Positions 19,183-29,302 are shown, numbered from the stretch's first letter. The stretch is DNA of 64,000 nt from Acidimicrobiia bacterium (GCA_965203555.1 CBDBCY010000004.1:136961-200960), one strand, 5' to 3'. Translations and numbers: made by a program. Notes: generated by a model from the sequence alone, not told the origin.

Positions 19183-20153
19183 ATGACCGTATCGACCCTT
19201 GAAATCACTCGTAAGCCTTCGGTTTTTCCTCCCGAAGAGCGGGCGGCCCTGCAGCCTCTGATCCAAGAGATCGAGCATTTGAAGAGAGACCGGAATGCTC
19301 TCATCACCGCTCACAACTACATGACGCCCGACATCTACTACGGCGTGGCCGACCTGGTGGGCGATTCCCTGGCGCTGGCGCAAATGGCGGCCCGAAGCGA
19401 CGCCGAGGTGATCCTGATGGCCGGTGTCCATTTCATGGCGGAGACATCCAAGATCATCAATCCCGACGCCACCGTGCTGATTCCCGATCTGCGCGCCGGG
19501 TGTTCTCTGGCCGAAGGGATATCCGCTGAGGATGTGCGCCGTCTCAAGCGACTTCACCCGGGGGCGCCGGTGGTCAGTTATGTGAACACCACCGCCGAAG
19601 TGAAGGCCGAATCCGACATCTGCTGCACTTCGGGGAACGCGGCGGCGGTGGTGGAGTCACTGGGAGCGGAACGGGTGATCTTTTTGCCCGACGGCTTTCT
19701 GGGCCGCTACGTGGCCGCCCACACCGACGTGGAGATCATCATGTGGGAAGGAAGATGCATCGTCCACGAGAGATTCGACGGGGAGGAATTGGAGGAACTT
19801 CGCGACATGCTCCCCGAGATCCCGGTGATTGCCCATCCCGAGTGTTCTCCTGACGTACTGGAGCAGGCTGACTATGTGGGATCGACCCACGGGATAGTCA
19901 ACTGGGTGCGCGAGTTGCGACCCCCGCAGGTGATGATGCTCACCGAGTGTTCGATGGCCGACAACGTCGCCTACGAGTTGGACGATGTGGAGATAATGCG
20001 TCCCTGTAACCTGTGTCCCCACATGAAGAAGATCACCTTGGAGAACATCAGGAACTCGCTTCGAACCATGACCCATGAGGTGGTCTTGGAACCTGACATA
20101 GCGGCCCGGCCCGGTTGGCGGTGGAGCGGATGCTCCAGGTGGGCCGCAGCTGA
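19183..20153 (+). CDS. nadA: Quinolinate synthase NadA (3' end needs a 1-nt frame correction near 20107..20112)
   Basis: NadA homology to ...VVLEPDIAAR in the 19183 frame. The expected C-terminus ARLAVERMLQVGRS* is in the adjacent frame, ending TGA 20151..20153. The uncorrected 419-aa ORF tail is G/R-rich nonsense running over nadC. Confidence 0.85.
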
Positions 20154-20992
20154 TCCGTTCGGGAGACCTTCATCACCTCCTGGAACAGGCCTTTTACGAA
20201 GATCTGGGAACCGGGGGCGATCTCACCTCCGTTGCTCTTATCGATGCGGGATGGGAGGCGCTGGGGTGGGTGGTGTTCAAATCCGAGGGGAGGGTCGCCG
20301 GGCTGGGGGCGGCGGAGGCGGCTTTCCGGTTTGTGGATGGCCGGGTGGTGTTCGAAGCGAAGACTCACGACGGGGCGGACCTGTCGCCGGGATCGGTGGC
20401 GGCCGAGGTGAGGGGCCCGGCCAGGGGCATCCTGGCAACTGAAAGAGTGGCCCTCAACTTGCTGGGTCATCTGTCGGGTGTCGCCACCGCCACTAGAGAA
20501 CTGGTGGCATCCGTATCCGGGACCGGGGTTGAGATCACCGACACCCGCAAGACCACCCCCGGTTTGCGAATGTTGGAGAAGGAGGCGGTCCGGATCGGGG
20601 GAGGGGTGAACCATCGGATGGGTTTGTGGGATGCGGTGCTGATCAAGGACAACCATCTCTGCATGGTGGAGAGCGCTGCCGGGGCAGTGCGAACCGCCCG
20701 CCGCAAGACCGGGGGAAAGGTGAAGGTAATCGTCGAGGTAGCGGACCCCGACAATCTCGAGGAGGTGGTGGCGGCCCGCCCCGATGTGATCCTGTTGGAC
20801 AATATGACCACCGTTCAGATGACGGAGGCGGTTCGCCTGGTTGGAGGCCGGGTGATCCTGGAGGCCAGCGGGGGCGTATCGCTCTCCAATGTCAGGAGCG
20901 TGGCGGAGACGGGGGTGGACATCATTTCCACCGGTTGGATCACCCATTCAGCGCCGGTGGTGGACGTTAGCCTGCGGTTGGCGCGTGTTTGA
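20150..20992 (+). CDS. nadC: Nicotinate-nucleotide pyrophosphorylase (carboxylating) NadC
   Basis: NadC homology begins upstream of the first canonical start (GTG 20270): LIRSGDLHHLLEQAFYEDLGTGGDLTS is in frame from 20150. The frame is open only from 20102 and has no ATG/GTG/TTG before 20270; CTG 20150 overlaps the corrected nadA stop (CTGA). Confidence 0.8.
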   Translation: MIRSGDLHHLLEQAFYEDLGTGGDLTSVALIDAGWEALGWVVFKSEGRVAGLGAAEAAFRFVDGRVVFEAKTHDGADLSPGSVAAEVRGPARGILATERVALNLLGHLSGVATATRELVASVSGTGVEITDTRKTTPGLRMLEKEAVRIGGGVNHRMGLWDAVLIKDNHLCMVESAAGAVRTARRKTGGKVKVIVEVADPDNLEEVVAARPDVILLDNMTTVQMTEAVRLVGGRVILEASGGVSLSNVRSVAETGVDIISTGWITHSAPVVDVSLRLARV

Positions 20993-22079
20993 ATCCGGCC
21001 CCTCTGCTCCGGGGGGCGCCGTCGAAAGGCCTCTGCGGGTGGTTGTTCCCGCTCACGATGAACAGAACGTGATCGCTGACCTGGTCTCCGATCTGCGAAG
21101 CCAGAATTATCCTCCAGCTTCCTATCAGGTGTGGGTGTTGGCCGACCGTTGCGCAGACGATACGGCCAAGGTGGCTGCCGATGCCGGAGCTTCGGTAACG
21201 GAGCGCCACTCGGGACCCGACGGCAAGGGGGAACTTCTGAAGTGGTACCTGTCGGATAGTCCGTTGGCGGACGATGAGGTGTTGGTGGTGCTGGACGCCG
21301 ACAACCGGGTGGAGCCGGACTTTCTGTCGTTGCTGTCCGGCGCCGTCACAGATGGCGATCAAGTGGTGCAGGCCTCAGTGCTTCCCTCCAACCTCGATGC
21401 CTCTCCTATCGCCGCGGCCGCCGGGCTGGGTGATTGGATGGCGAGGGAGATGATTTATAAGAGAGCGGCTGCCCGGGGGTGGCCGGTGGAACTGGGTGGA
21501 ACGGGGTTCTGCATCAGTGCTGCGGCATTGTCCGCCGCCGGGGGCTGGAGCGGGTCGTTCACCGAGGATCTCGATCTGACGGTAAGACTCCTCCTGGCGG
21601 GGTATGCGGTCAGATACTTGCCCCAAGCCCAGGTGTGGGACGAGAAACCGACCGGTTTGAGAGCGGCGGTGGGACAGCGGGGAAGATGGGCGCAAGGTAG
21701 GACCGGCGTCCGTAAGAGCCGGGGAGGAAAGTTGTGGAAAACCGCCCTGGCCCGACGGTCTCTTCCAATGTGGCTAATGGCTTGGAGGCTGGCTGCGCCC
21801 GGACGGTCGTTCCGGCTGCTGGTCACGACGGCGGTGTTGGCCCTGTCAGTGATATGGGAATGGGGATCTCCGTTCTCGTGGCCGGTGTGGGCGGCAATCG
21901 CCCTATGGCAGGGAGGCCGACCGCTACTGGCTCTATGGAGAGTGAAAGAGATCCGGCCGCATTTGAGGTGGTACCCCCTCACCCTGATCTGGGGGTTTGT
22001 GTGGCTGTGGGTGCGGCTGGGTCGCCGGCGGCGAGGATGGTATCACACTCCTCACCGCGGCAAGGTTGCTCGGAGATAA
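20985..22079 (+). CDS. Family 2 glycosyltransferase, processive type, with C-terminal TM segments
   Basis: D, DAD and QRGRW (QxxRW) signature; hydrophobic C-terminal third. GTG 20985 overlapping the nadC stop is preferred over ORF-track start 20889. Confidence 0.8.
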   Translation: MFESGPSAPGGAVERPLRVVVPAHDEQNVIADLVSDLRSQNYPPASYQVWVLADRCADDTAKVAADAGASVTERHSGPDGKGELLKWYLSDSPLADDEVLVVLDADNRVEPDFLSLLSGAVTDGDQVVQASVLPSNLDASPIAAAAGLGDWMAREMIYKRAAARGWPVELGGTGFCISAAALSAAGGWSGSFTEDLDLTVRLLLAGYAVRYLPQAQVWDEKPTGLRAAVGQRGRWAQGRTGVRKSRGGKLWKTALARRSLPMWLMAWRLAAPGRSFRLLVTTAVLALSVIWEWGSPFSWPVWAAIALWQGGRPLLALWRVKEIRPHLRWYPLTLIWGFVWLWVRLGRRRRGWYHTPHRGKVARR

Positions 22080-22134
22080 CAAAAAAGGGCCTTTTTCCAG
22101 GGAAACTGCGCGATACATTTGCCCCTATATGGTT

Positions 22135-22163
22135 TTGTCCGCTGGGGATAGGGTGTATATACT
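22135..22163 (+). promoter_or_regulatory. Candidate sigma-70-type promoter of the str operon
   Basis: TTGTCC (22135..22140) - 17 nt - TATACT (22158..22163), about 155 nt upstream of rpsL. Confidence 0.35.
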
Positions 22164-22319
22164 TGCCCTTCGTGGTCTTAGTGCCTCAAACCGACTCTTA
22201 GGACTCTCCGCCTGACCCAGTGCCGGAGTGTCCTCCGGGTGCGGTCAAAAGCAAGATAAGGGCAAAGCGGTTTTTCCTGCGCGTGCGGGAGAGAAGTGTC
22301 GCCTTGGCGAAGGAAAAGT

Positions 22320-22691
22320 ATGCCGACCATCCAGCAGTTGGTGCGCCGCGGGCGCAAGCCGAAAAAGAAGAAGGTCAAGACCGCCGGTCTGGCCGGAGCG
22401 CCCCAGAGGAGGGGGGTGTGCACGCGCGTTTACACCGTCACCCCCAAGAAGCCCAATTCGGCGCTGCGCAAGGTCTGCCGGGTGAGATTGTCGTCAGGGA
22501 TCGAGGTGACCGCCTACATTCCCGGGGAAGGACACAACCTGCAGGAGCATTCCATAGTGCTGGTCAGAGGAGGTCGGGTTCGTGACCTTCCGGGAGTGAG
22601 GTACAAGGTGATCAGGGGAACTCTGGATGCGGCGGGCGTCTCCGAACGCCGCCAGGCCCGTTCCCGCTATGGAGCGAGGAGAGGGCGATGA
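22320..22691 (+). CDS. rpsL: 30S ribosomal protein S12
   Basis: [13 protein letters not shown]...; ATG 22320 preceded by AAGGAAAAG; ORF track opens at 22296. Confidence 0.95.
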   Translation: MPTIQQLVRRGRKPKKKKVKTAGLAGAPQRRGVCTRVYTVTPKKPNSALRKVCRVRLSSGIEVTAYIPGEGHNLQEHSIVLVRGGRVRDLPGVRYKVIRGTLDAAGVSERRQARSRYGARRGR

Positions 22692-23155
22692 GAAGAGCTG
22701 CCGCCACCAAGCGGAAGATCGATCCCGATCCGGTATTCCGAAATGTGTTGGTGAGCCGGGTGATCAATAAAGTGTTGTGGAAGGGGAAAAAGGACCTTGC
22801 TCGCAGGATCGTCTACTCCGCCCTAGAGCGGGTGGAACAACGAACCCGACAGGATCCGGTGAGCGTGCTGAGGAGGGCAATCGACAACCTCAAGCCTCAG
22901 ATGGAAGTGAGGTCCCGACGGGTGGGAGGCTCCTCCTACCAGGTTCCCATGGACGTCCGTGCGGACCGGGCTCGCTGCCTGGCTATCCGCTGGTTGGTAG
23001 GTTACGCTCGCCGGCGCCGGGAACCCACCATGGCATTGCGGTTGGCCGGAGAGATCCTTGATGCCGCCAACAACACCGGGTCCGCCATCAAGAGGCGCGA
23101 AGACATGCACAAGATGGCGGAGTCCAACAAGGCTTTCGCCCACTACCGCTGGTAA
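22688..23155 (+). CDS. rpsG: 30S ribosomal protein S7
   Basis: 155-aa ORF, S7 homology; ATGA overlap with rpsL. Confidence 0.95.
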   Translation: MRRAAATKRKIDPDPVFRNVLVSRVINKVLWKGKKDLARRIVYSALERVEQRTRQDPVSVLRRAIDNLKPQMEVRSRRVGGSSYQVPMDVRADRARCLAIRWLVGYARRRREPTMALRLAGEILDAANNTGSAIKRREDMHKMAESNKAFAHYRW

Positions 23156-23199
23156 GAGGCATTGCTGTGGCTGCTGACCGAGGGCATCGTCTCCTGCGC

Positions 23200-25284
23200 A
23201 TGCGTCAGGTGCCCCTGAGTCGCACCCGCAATATCGGAATCATGGCCCACATCGATGCAGGAAAGACCACTCTGACCGAGCGGATTCTTTACTACACCGG
23301 TCGCAACTACAAAATCGGGGAGGTCCACGAGGGCGCCGCCACCATGGATTGGATGGCACAGGAGCAGGAGCGGGGAATCACCATCACCTCTGCCGCCACC
23401 ACCTGTATCTGGCACGATCACAGCATCAACATCATCGACACTCCGGGTCATGTCGATTTCACCGTCGAGGTGGAACGTAGTCTTCGAGTCCTGGATGGGG
23501 CGGTGGCGGTATTCGACGGGGTGGCGGGAGTGGAACCACAGTCGGAGACGGTGTGGCGGCAGGCCGACCGCTACGAAGTTCCCCGCATCTGCTTCATCAA
23601 CAAACTCGACCGACTGGGGGCGGACTTCTTCGCCGATGTGGAATCGATCCGCACCCGACTCAACGCAACACCTCTGGTGGTCCAACTGCCCGTGGGTGAG
23701 GAGAGTGATTTCCGAGGTGTTCTGGACCTGGTGGAAATGCAGATTCACGAGTGGCGGGGGGACGACGGCAGGCACTGGGACACCGGCGACATCCCCGAAT
23801 CGATGCAGGACCTGGCTTATGAATACCGGGCGCGGATGTTGGAGCAGGTAGCCGAGGTTGACGAGAAACTCCTGATCAAGTTCCTCGAAGATCTGTACAT
23901 AACCCCCGACGAGATCCGAACCGCTATCCGTACGGGGGTGCTTCAGCACATGTTCGTGCCGGTGCTTTGTGGTGCGGCCTTCAAGAACAAGGGAGTGCAG
24001 CCGCTGCTTGACGCCATTGTCCACTATCTGCCCAGCCCCTTGGACCTTCCTCCGGTGAAGGGTTTCGCCCCCAAGAATCCGGAACAGGTTCTGGAACGGA
24101 AGGCCAATGACGACGAGCCATTTTCGGCTCTCGCCTTCAAGATCATGAGCGATCCCCACGTCGGCAAGCTCACCTATTTCCGGGTCTATTCGGGCTCGGT
24201 CTCCAAGGGCGGCGCGGTGTTCAATACCACCAACGGCAAGAAGGAGCGCCTGGGACGGCTGCTTCGCATGCATGCCAACCATCGTGAGGATGTCAACATT
24301 GTTTACACCGGTGACATCGTGGCGGCGGTGGGATTGCGACACACCACCACCGGCGACACCCTTTCCGGTGTCGGTCACCCCATCAGCCTGGAATCGATGG
24401 CCTTTCCCGCGCCGGTTATCTGGGTAGCCATCGAGCCTCGCACCAGGGTTGACCAGGACAAGTTGTCCGAGTCCCTGCAAAAGCTGTCGGAGGAGGACCC
24501 GACCTTTCTGGTGAGAAGTGACGAAGAGACCGGGCAAACCATCATCTCGGGAATGGGCGAGCTCCACCTGGAGGTATTGGTGGACCGGCTGATCCGGGAA
24601 TTCAAGGTCGCGGCCAACATCGGTAAGCCGCAGGTCGCCTATCGAGAATCAATCCTGTCGGCCGTAGAGAAAGTGGAAGGCCGTTACGTCCGCCAGAGTG
24701 GCGGCCGGGGTCAGTACGGTCATGTCGTCATCGACATCGAACCCACCGGTCCCGGAGGAGGTTACGAATTCGTCAACAAGATCAGGGGCGGTCGCGTCCC
24801 CCGTGAATACATTCCGGCGGTGGCCGCCGGCATCGGAGAGGCTCTCGATGGGGGTATCCTGGCGGGCTACCCGGTGGTGGATGTGCGGGTCACCCTGGTT
24901 GACGGTTCACATCATGAAGTAGATTCTTCCGAACTGGCCTTTCGGATAGCCGGTTCCATGGCTGTTCGCGCCGCCACCAACAAGGCGGGGCTGAAACTGC
25001 TGGAGCCGGTGATGGAAGTCGAGGTGGTCACTCCCGACGAGTACATGGGAGACGTGATCGCCGACATTTCCGCTCGCCGGGGCCGTATTGGAGAAACCGA
25101 TCAGCGGGGATCGGCCCGGCTAATCACCGCCGCCGTACCGCTGGCCGCAATGTTCGGCTTTGCTACTGATATCCGGTCCAGGACTCAGGGGCGAGCAACG
25201 TATTCGATGCAATTCAAGGCTTACCAAGATGTTCCTGACTCTATTTGTCAGGACATCCTTCATTTGAGAACTGGTAAGTATTAG
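23200..25284 (+). CDS. fusA: Elongation factor G
   Basis: [28 protein letters not shown] motifs. ATG 23200 gives the usual N-terminal length; in-frame GTG 23167 is an alternative. Confidence 0.95.
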   Translation: MRQVPLSRTRNIGIMAHIDAGKTTLTERILYYTGRNYKIGEVHEGAATMDWMAQEQERGITITSAATTCIWHDHSINIIDTPGHVDFTVEVERSLRVLDGAVAVFDGVAGVEPQSETVWRQADRYEVPRICFINKLDRLGADFFADVESIRTRLNATPLVVQLPVGEESDFRGVLDLVEMQIHEWRGDDGRHWDTGDIPESMQDLAYEYRARMLEQVAEVDEKLLIKFLEDLYITPDEIRTAIRTGVLQHMFVPVLCGAAFKNKGVQPLLDAIVHYLPSPLDLPPVKGFAPKNPEQVLERKANDDEPFSALAFKIMSDPHVGKLTYFRVYSGSVSKGGAVFNTTNGKKERLGRLLRMHANHREDVNIVYTGDIVAAVGLRHTTTGDTLSGVGHPISLESMAFPAPVIWVAIEPRTRVDQDKLSESLQKLSEEDPTFLVRSDEETGQTIISGMGELHLEVLVDRLIREFKVAANIGKPQVAYRESILSAVEKVEGRYVRQSGGRGQYGHVVIDIEPTGPGGGYEFVNKIRGGRVPREYIPAVAAGIGEALDGGILAGYPVVDVRVTLVDGSHHEVDSSELAFRIAGSMAVRAATNKAGLKLLEPVMEVEVVTPDEYMGDVIADISARRGRIGETDQRGSARLITAAVPLAAMFGFATDIRSRTQGRATYSMQFKAYQDVPDSICQDILHLRTGKY

Positions 25285-26497
25285 AAATGGGGGTGTTTGG
25301 TTGTGGGTAAGGTGAGGTTTGAGCGGGTGAAGCCGCATTTGAATGTGGGTACTATGGGTCATATTGATCATGGGAAGACTACGTTGACTGCTGCGATTAC
25401 TAGGGTGTTGTCTGAGCGGGTTGGTGGGGTGAATGTGGTGACTGGGTTTGATGATATTGATCGTGCTCCTGAGGAGCGTGAGCGGGGTATTACGATTCAG
25501 ATTGCGCATGTTGAGTATGAGACTGTTTTGCGTCATTATGCGCATGTGGATATGCCGGGGCATGCGGATTATATTAAGAATATGATTACGGGGGCGGCTC
25601 AGGTGGATGGGGCGGTGTTGGTGGTGTCGGCGGTTGATGGTCCGATGCCGCAGACTCGTGAGCATGTGTTGTTGGCGCGGCAGGTGGGTGTGCCGCGGAT
25701 TGTGGTGTTTTTGAATAAGTGTGATTTGGTGGATGATGGTGAGTTGTTGGATTTGGTGGAGTTGGAGGTTCGGGATTTGTTGACGGAGTATGAGTTTCCG
25801 GGTGATGATGTTCCGGTGGTGAGGGGTTCGGCGTTGTTGGCGTTGGAGGGTGATGTGGTGGCTGGTGATGGGGTTATGGAGTTGATGGATGCGGTTGATG
25901 GGTATGTTGATGTGCCGGTTCGGGATGTGGATCGTCCGTTTTTGATGCCGATTGAGGATGTGTTTTCGATTACTGGTCGGGGTACGGTGGTGACTGGTCG
26001 GGTTGAGCAGGGTGTGTTGCGGGTTGGTGAGGCGGTTGAGGTGGTTGGTTTGCGTGATACGCGTGGGTCGGTGGCTACTGGTGTGGAGATGTTTAGGAAG
26101 TTGTTGGATGAGGGTCGGGCTGGTGATAATGTGGGGGTGTTGTTGCGGGGGGTGGGGAAGTCGGAGGTGGAGCGTGGTCAGGTGTTGGCTGCTCCTGGGT
26201 CGATTTTGCCGCATGTGGGTTTTGAGGCGCAGGTGTATGTGTTGACGAAGGAGGAGGGGGGGAGGCATAATCCGTTTTTTTCGGGTTATCGTCCGCAGTT
26301 TTATTTTCGGACTACGGATGTGACGGGTTCGGTGTTGTTGCCTGTTGGGGTGCAGATGGTGATGCCGGGTGATAATGTGGAGTTGTCGGTGGAGTTGATT
26401 GCTCCGATTGCGATGTCGGTGGGGTTGGATTTCGCGATTCGTGAGGGTGGTCGGACTGTGGGGGCGGGTCGGGTCACCAAGATCACCAAATAACCCC
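25283..26497. repeat. 1,215-bp block apparently identical to 61421..62635 (tuf plus 20 nt of leader and 4 nt after the stop)
   Basis: Identical translations in sense, sense-shifted and antisense frames for both copies, plus spot checks of the nucleotide lines at offset 36138. Confidence 0.9.
25303..26493 (+). CDS. tuf: Elongation factor Tu, copy 1 (tufA-like position after fusA)
   Basis: [24 protein letters not shown] motifs. GTG 25303 gives [12 protein letters not shown], matching canonical EF-Tu length; ORF track opens at TTG 25297. Confidence 0.95.
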   Translation: MGKVRFERVKPHLNVGTMGHIDHGKTTLTAAITRVLSERVGGVNVVTGFDDIDRAPEERERGITIQIAHVEYETVLRHYAHVDMPGHADYIKNMITGAAQVDGAVLVVSAVDGPMPQTREHVLLARQVGVPRIVVFLNKCDLVDDGELLDLVELEVRDLLTEYEFPGDDVPVVRGSALLALEGDVVAGDGVMELMDAVDGYVDVPVRDVDRPFLMPIEDVFSITGRGTVVTGRVEQGVLRVGEAVEVVGLRDTRGSVATGVEMFRKLLDEGRAGDNVGVLLRGVGKSEVERGQVLAAPGSILPHVGFEAQVYVLTKEEGGRHNPFFSGYRPQFYFRTTDVTGSVLLPVGVQMVMPGDNVELSVELIAPIAMSVGLDFAIREGGRTVGAGRVTKITK

Positions 26498-26583
26498 AAA
26501 CCCAAGAAGGCAAAGGATTGTGGACAACAACCGGCAAGGGCAAGTAGAGAATAAGCCGAGCAAGCGAGGACAGTAGAAGAGAC

Positions 26584-26895
26584 ATGAACGGTTCCCATAA
26601 GATCCGCATAAAGCTCAAGGCTTATGACCATCAGAGTGTGGATGAGTCAGCGCGCAAGATCGCTGCTACGGTTACTCGTACCCAGGCCAAAATAAGAGGT
26701 CCTGTTCCGTTGCCTACCGAGATCCACAGATACTGCGTTATACGCGGACCCCATGTCGATAAAGACTCCCGGGAACACTTCGAGATGCGCATTCATAAGC
26801 GGTTGATCGATATCTTGGATCCAACCGCTAAAACGGTTGATTCATTGATGCGCCTTGATCTTCCTTCCGGAGTGGAAGTAGAGATAAAGCTGTGA
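26584..26895 (+). CDS. rpsJ: 30S ribosomal protein S10
   Basis: 103-aa ORF, S10 homology, head of the S10 operon. Confidence 0.95.
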   Translation: MNGSHKIRIKLKAYDHQSVDESARKIAATVTRTQAKIRGPVPLPTEIHRYCVIRGPHVDKDSREHFEMRIHKRLIDILDPTAKTVDSLMRLDLPSGVEVEIKL

Positions 26896-27530
26896 ACACG
26901 ATTCTGGGCACAAAACTGGGTATGAGCCAGATTTTCAATGATGCGGCTCAGGCGCTCCCGGTTACGGTTATCAAGGCCGGACCGTGCAAGGTTGTACAGG
27001 TCAAGACATCCGAGAAGGACGGGTATGAGGCCGTGCAACTCACCTTGGAGATCGCGAAGCCGGCCAAGGTGAATAAAGCGGTAGCCGGCCATTTCGCCAA
27101 GGCGGGGGTGACTCCGTCCCCCCATCTGGTGGAGGCGCTCGTGGATAATTCCGCTCGATTCGAACCGGGTTCGACCATCAAGGTGGATGAAGTCTTCGAG
27201 CCTGGTATTCGAGCCGATGTGACGGGGATATCCAAGGGCAAGGGCTTTGCCGGAGTGATGAAGCGTCACAACTTCGCCGGACAGTGCGCCAGTCACGGCA
27301 ATCACAAGAAGCACCGCGCCGGCGGGGCGATCGGCGCCTGCGCCACGCCGTCGAGGGTGTTCAAAGGCAAGGCTATGCCGGGTCGGATGGGGGCTCAACG
27401 TACCACCGTCCTCAATCTGGAGGTGGTGAGGGTGCTGGCCGAAGAAGGCCTGCTTTTGCTTCGTGGCGCAGTTCCCGGCCCCAAGGGAGGATTGGTGATG
27501 ATCAGGAAGGCAGTCAAGTCCGATGGCTGA
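26892..27530 (+). CDS. rplC: 50S ribosomal protein L3
   Basis: 212-aa ORF, L3 homology, conserved order. Confidence 0.95.
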   Translation: MNTILGTKLGMSQIFNDAAQALPVTVIKAGPCKVVQVKTSEKDGYEAVQLTLEIAKPAKVNKAVAGHFAKAGVTPSPHLVEALVDNSARFEPGSTIKVDEVFEPGIRADVTGISKGKGFAGVMKRHNFAGQCASHGNHKKHRAGGAIGACATPSRVFKGKAMPGRMGAQRTTVLNLEVVRVLAEEGLLLLRGAVPGPKGGLVMIRKAVKSDG

Positions 27531-28182
27531 GCTGACCGCCCCGCGGTATGACGGCGACGGGTCCCTCCAGGGGGAGACCGCCCTGGATCCGGCCGTGTTC
27601 GGGGTGACTCCCAATCTTGCGGTGCTTCACCAGGTGGTTACCGCCCAGTTGGCCGGGAAGCGTTCCGGAACAGCTTCCACCAAGACAAGGGCCGAGGTAA
27701 GGGGAGGAGGTCGCAAGCCCTGGCGCCAGAAGGGGATCGGAAGGGCAAGGCACGGTTCGATCCGCTCGCCCATGTGGCGAGGCGGAGGTGTCGCCCATGG
27801 TCCCAAGCCCCGCAGCTACCACCAGCGGACTCCTGCCAAGATGCGCCGTCTGGCGCTGCGCAGCGCCCTCTCCGCCCGGGCCTCGGAAGGCGCCGTCTAC
27901 ACCACCGCGCCTCTTGGTTGGGAGGTCCCCCGCACCAAGTCGGCGGTGGCGCTGCTTCAGGCTATGGGATTGGAGGGAAAGGCTTTGATCGTTGTGGAGC
28001 GGATGGGTGGAGTTGAACACCGGTCCTTCCGGAACATCCCGTCGATGCGGATCGTCGAGGCCAGGTACATAACCCCGTACGATGTCCTCTGGGCTCGGGA
28101 TATGGTGTTCTTCGCCGGCTCGCTGGAGATCGTGGAGGGCGCCGGTCGGGAGAAGGAGTCGGTGGAGGCCAGGGCGTCATGA
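27523..28182 (+). CDS. rplD: 50S ribosomal protein L4
   Basis: 219-aa ORF, L4 homology. Confidence 0.95.
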   Translation: MAELTAPRYDGDGSLQGETALDPAVFGVTPNLAVLHQVVTAQLAGKRSGTASTKTRAEVRGGGRKPWRQKGIGRARHGSIRSPMWRGGGVAHGPKPRSYHQRTPAKMRRLALRSALSARASEGAVYTTAPLGWEVPRTKSAVALLQAMGLEGKALIVVERMGGVEHRSFRNIPSMRIVEARYITPYDVLWARDMVFFAGSLEIVEGAGREKESVEARAS

Positions 28183-28466
28183 AGTATCCGCACGACGTGA
28201 TCCTGGGACCGGTGGTCTCCGAGAAGTCTTTCGACCTGATTGAGGACTTCAACACCTATTCCTTTCTGGTCGATCCCCGAGCCAACAAGACCGAGATTCG
28301 CCAGTCGGTGGAAGCCGTTTTCGATGTTCGGGTGGTCTCGGTCAATACGTACAACCGACGGGGCAAGATGAAGCGCACCCGTCGGACCCTGGGCAAACGC
28401 AAGGACACCAAGCGAGCCTTGGTGACCCTGGCCGAGGGTGAGTCCATCGATCTGTTCGGGTTGTAG
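28179..28466 (+). CDS. rplW: 50S ribosomal protein L23
   Basis: 95-aa ORF, L23 homology. Confidence 0.95.
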   Translation: MKYPHDVILGPVVSEKSFDLIEDFNTYSFLVDPRANKTEIRQSVEAVFDVRVVSVNTYNRRGKMKRTRRTLGKRKDTKRALVTLAEGESIDLFGL

Positions 28467-28468
28467 AT

Positions 28469-29302
28469 ATGGCAGTTCAAAAACGCAAGCCCACCTCTCC
28501 GGGAAGACGGTTTCAGACCGTTTCCGACTTCTCGGACATCACCAGAAGCCGCCCGGAAAAGTCGCTACTGGCGCCCCGGACCTCCAAGGCTGGCAGGAAC
28601 AGTTACGGTCGCATCACTTCCCGTCACCGGGGTGGCGGGCACAAGCGGCGGTACCGGGTAATAGACTTCCGGAGGAACAAGGACGGCGTGCCCGCCAAGG
28701 TGGCGGCCATCGAGTACGATCCCAACCGCAACGCCCGCATCGCCCTGCTCCACTACGTGGACGGCGAGAAGCGATATATCCTGGCGCCGGTCGGGGTGGG
28801 AGTCGGAGACCGGATCAGTTCGGGACCCGAGGCGGAGATTCGGCCCGGAAACGCTCTCCCCATGCGCAACATCCCGGCGGGCAGCACCGTGCATGCGGTG
28901 GAGATGAGACCGGGAGGCGGCGCCAAGATCGCCCGGTCGGCGGGAGCTTCGGTGCAGTTGATGTCGAAAGATGCAGGGATGGCCCTTCTGCGGTTGCCCT
29001 CCGGTGAGATGCGCATGGTGCCGCTCGACTGCCGGGCCACCATCGGCCAGGTGGGCAACACCGAAGCCGAGTTGATCAAGCTGGGCAAGGCGGGACGCAA
29101 CCGATGGAAGGGAGTACGTCCCCAAACCAGGGGAGTGGCCATGAACCCCGTCGATCATCCTCTGGGAGGCGGAGAGGGCAAGTCCTCGGGAGGCCGCACC
29201 CCGGTCAGCCCGTGGGGGAAGCCGGAGGGACGGACCCGTCGCAAGAACAAGCAGAGCAACAAGTACATCGTTCGGCGTCGCTACGCCAAAGGCCGGAGGT
29301 AG
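28469..29302 (+). CDS. rplB: 50S ribosomal protein L2
   Basis: 277-aa [19 protein letters not shown]... Confidence 0.95.
   Translation: MAVQKRKPTSPGRRFQTVSDFSDITRSRPEKSLLAPRTSKAGRNSYGRITSRHRGGGHKRRYRVIDFRRNKDGVPAKVAAIEYDPNRNARIALLHYVDGEKRYILAPVGVGVGDRISSGPEAEIRPGNALPMRNIPAGSTVHAVEMRPGGGAKIARSAGASVQLMSKDAGMALLRLPSGEMRMVPLDCRATIGQVGNTEAELIKLGKAGRNRWKGVRPQTRGVAMNPVDHPLGGGEGKSSGGRTPVSPWGKPEGRTRRKNKQSNKYIVRRRYAKGRR

Noticed and set aside
19183-20442. 419-aa ORF taken at face value as a NadA with a long C-terminal extension, and 20270 as the true nadC start.
   Set aside because: The tail after residue ~306 is G/R-rich nonsense, while the adjacent frame encodes the canonical NadA C-terminus. The conserved NadC N-terminal motif lies upstream of 20270.
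22080-22100. aaaaaagggccttttt palindrome after the glycosyltransferase as an intrinsic terminator.
   Set aside because: The stem would be A/T-only with a 1-2 nt loop, which is not a stable hairpin.
26003-26245. 80-aa sense-strand out-of-frame ORF inside tuf (also 62141..62383), Cys/Trp/Arg/Val-rich.
   Set aside because: It is a by-product of G/T-rich sequence in a shifted frame, with no start context or homology.
25303-26430. The idea that G-versus-T choice at four-fold wobble sites encodes a deliberate binary watermark.
   Set aside because: I could not extract any meaningful pattern by eye. A watermark would not need the accompanying amino-acid shift or the pure G/T leader. It remains formally testable by extracting the G/T string.
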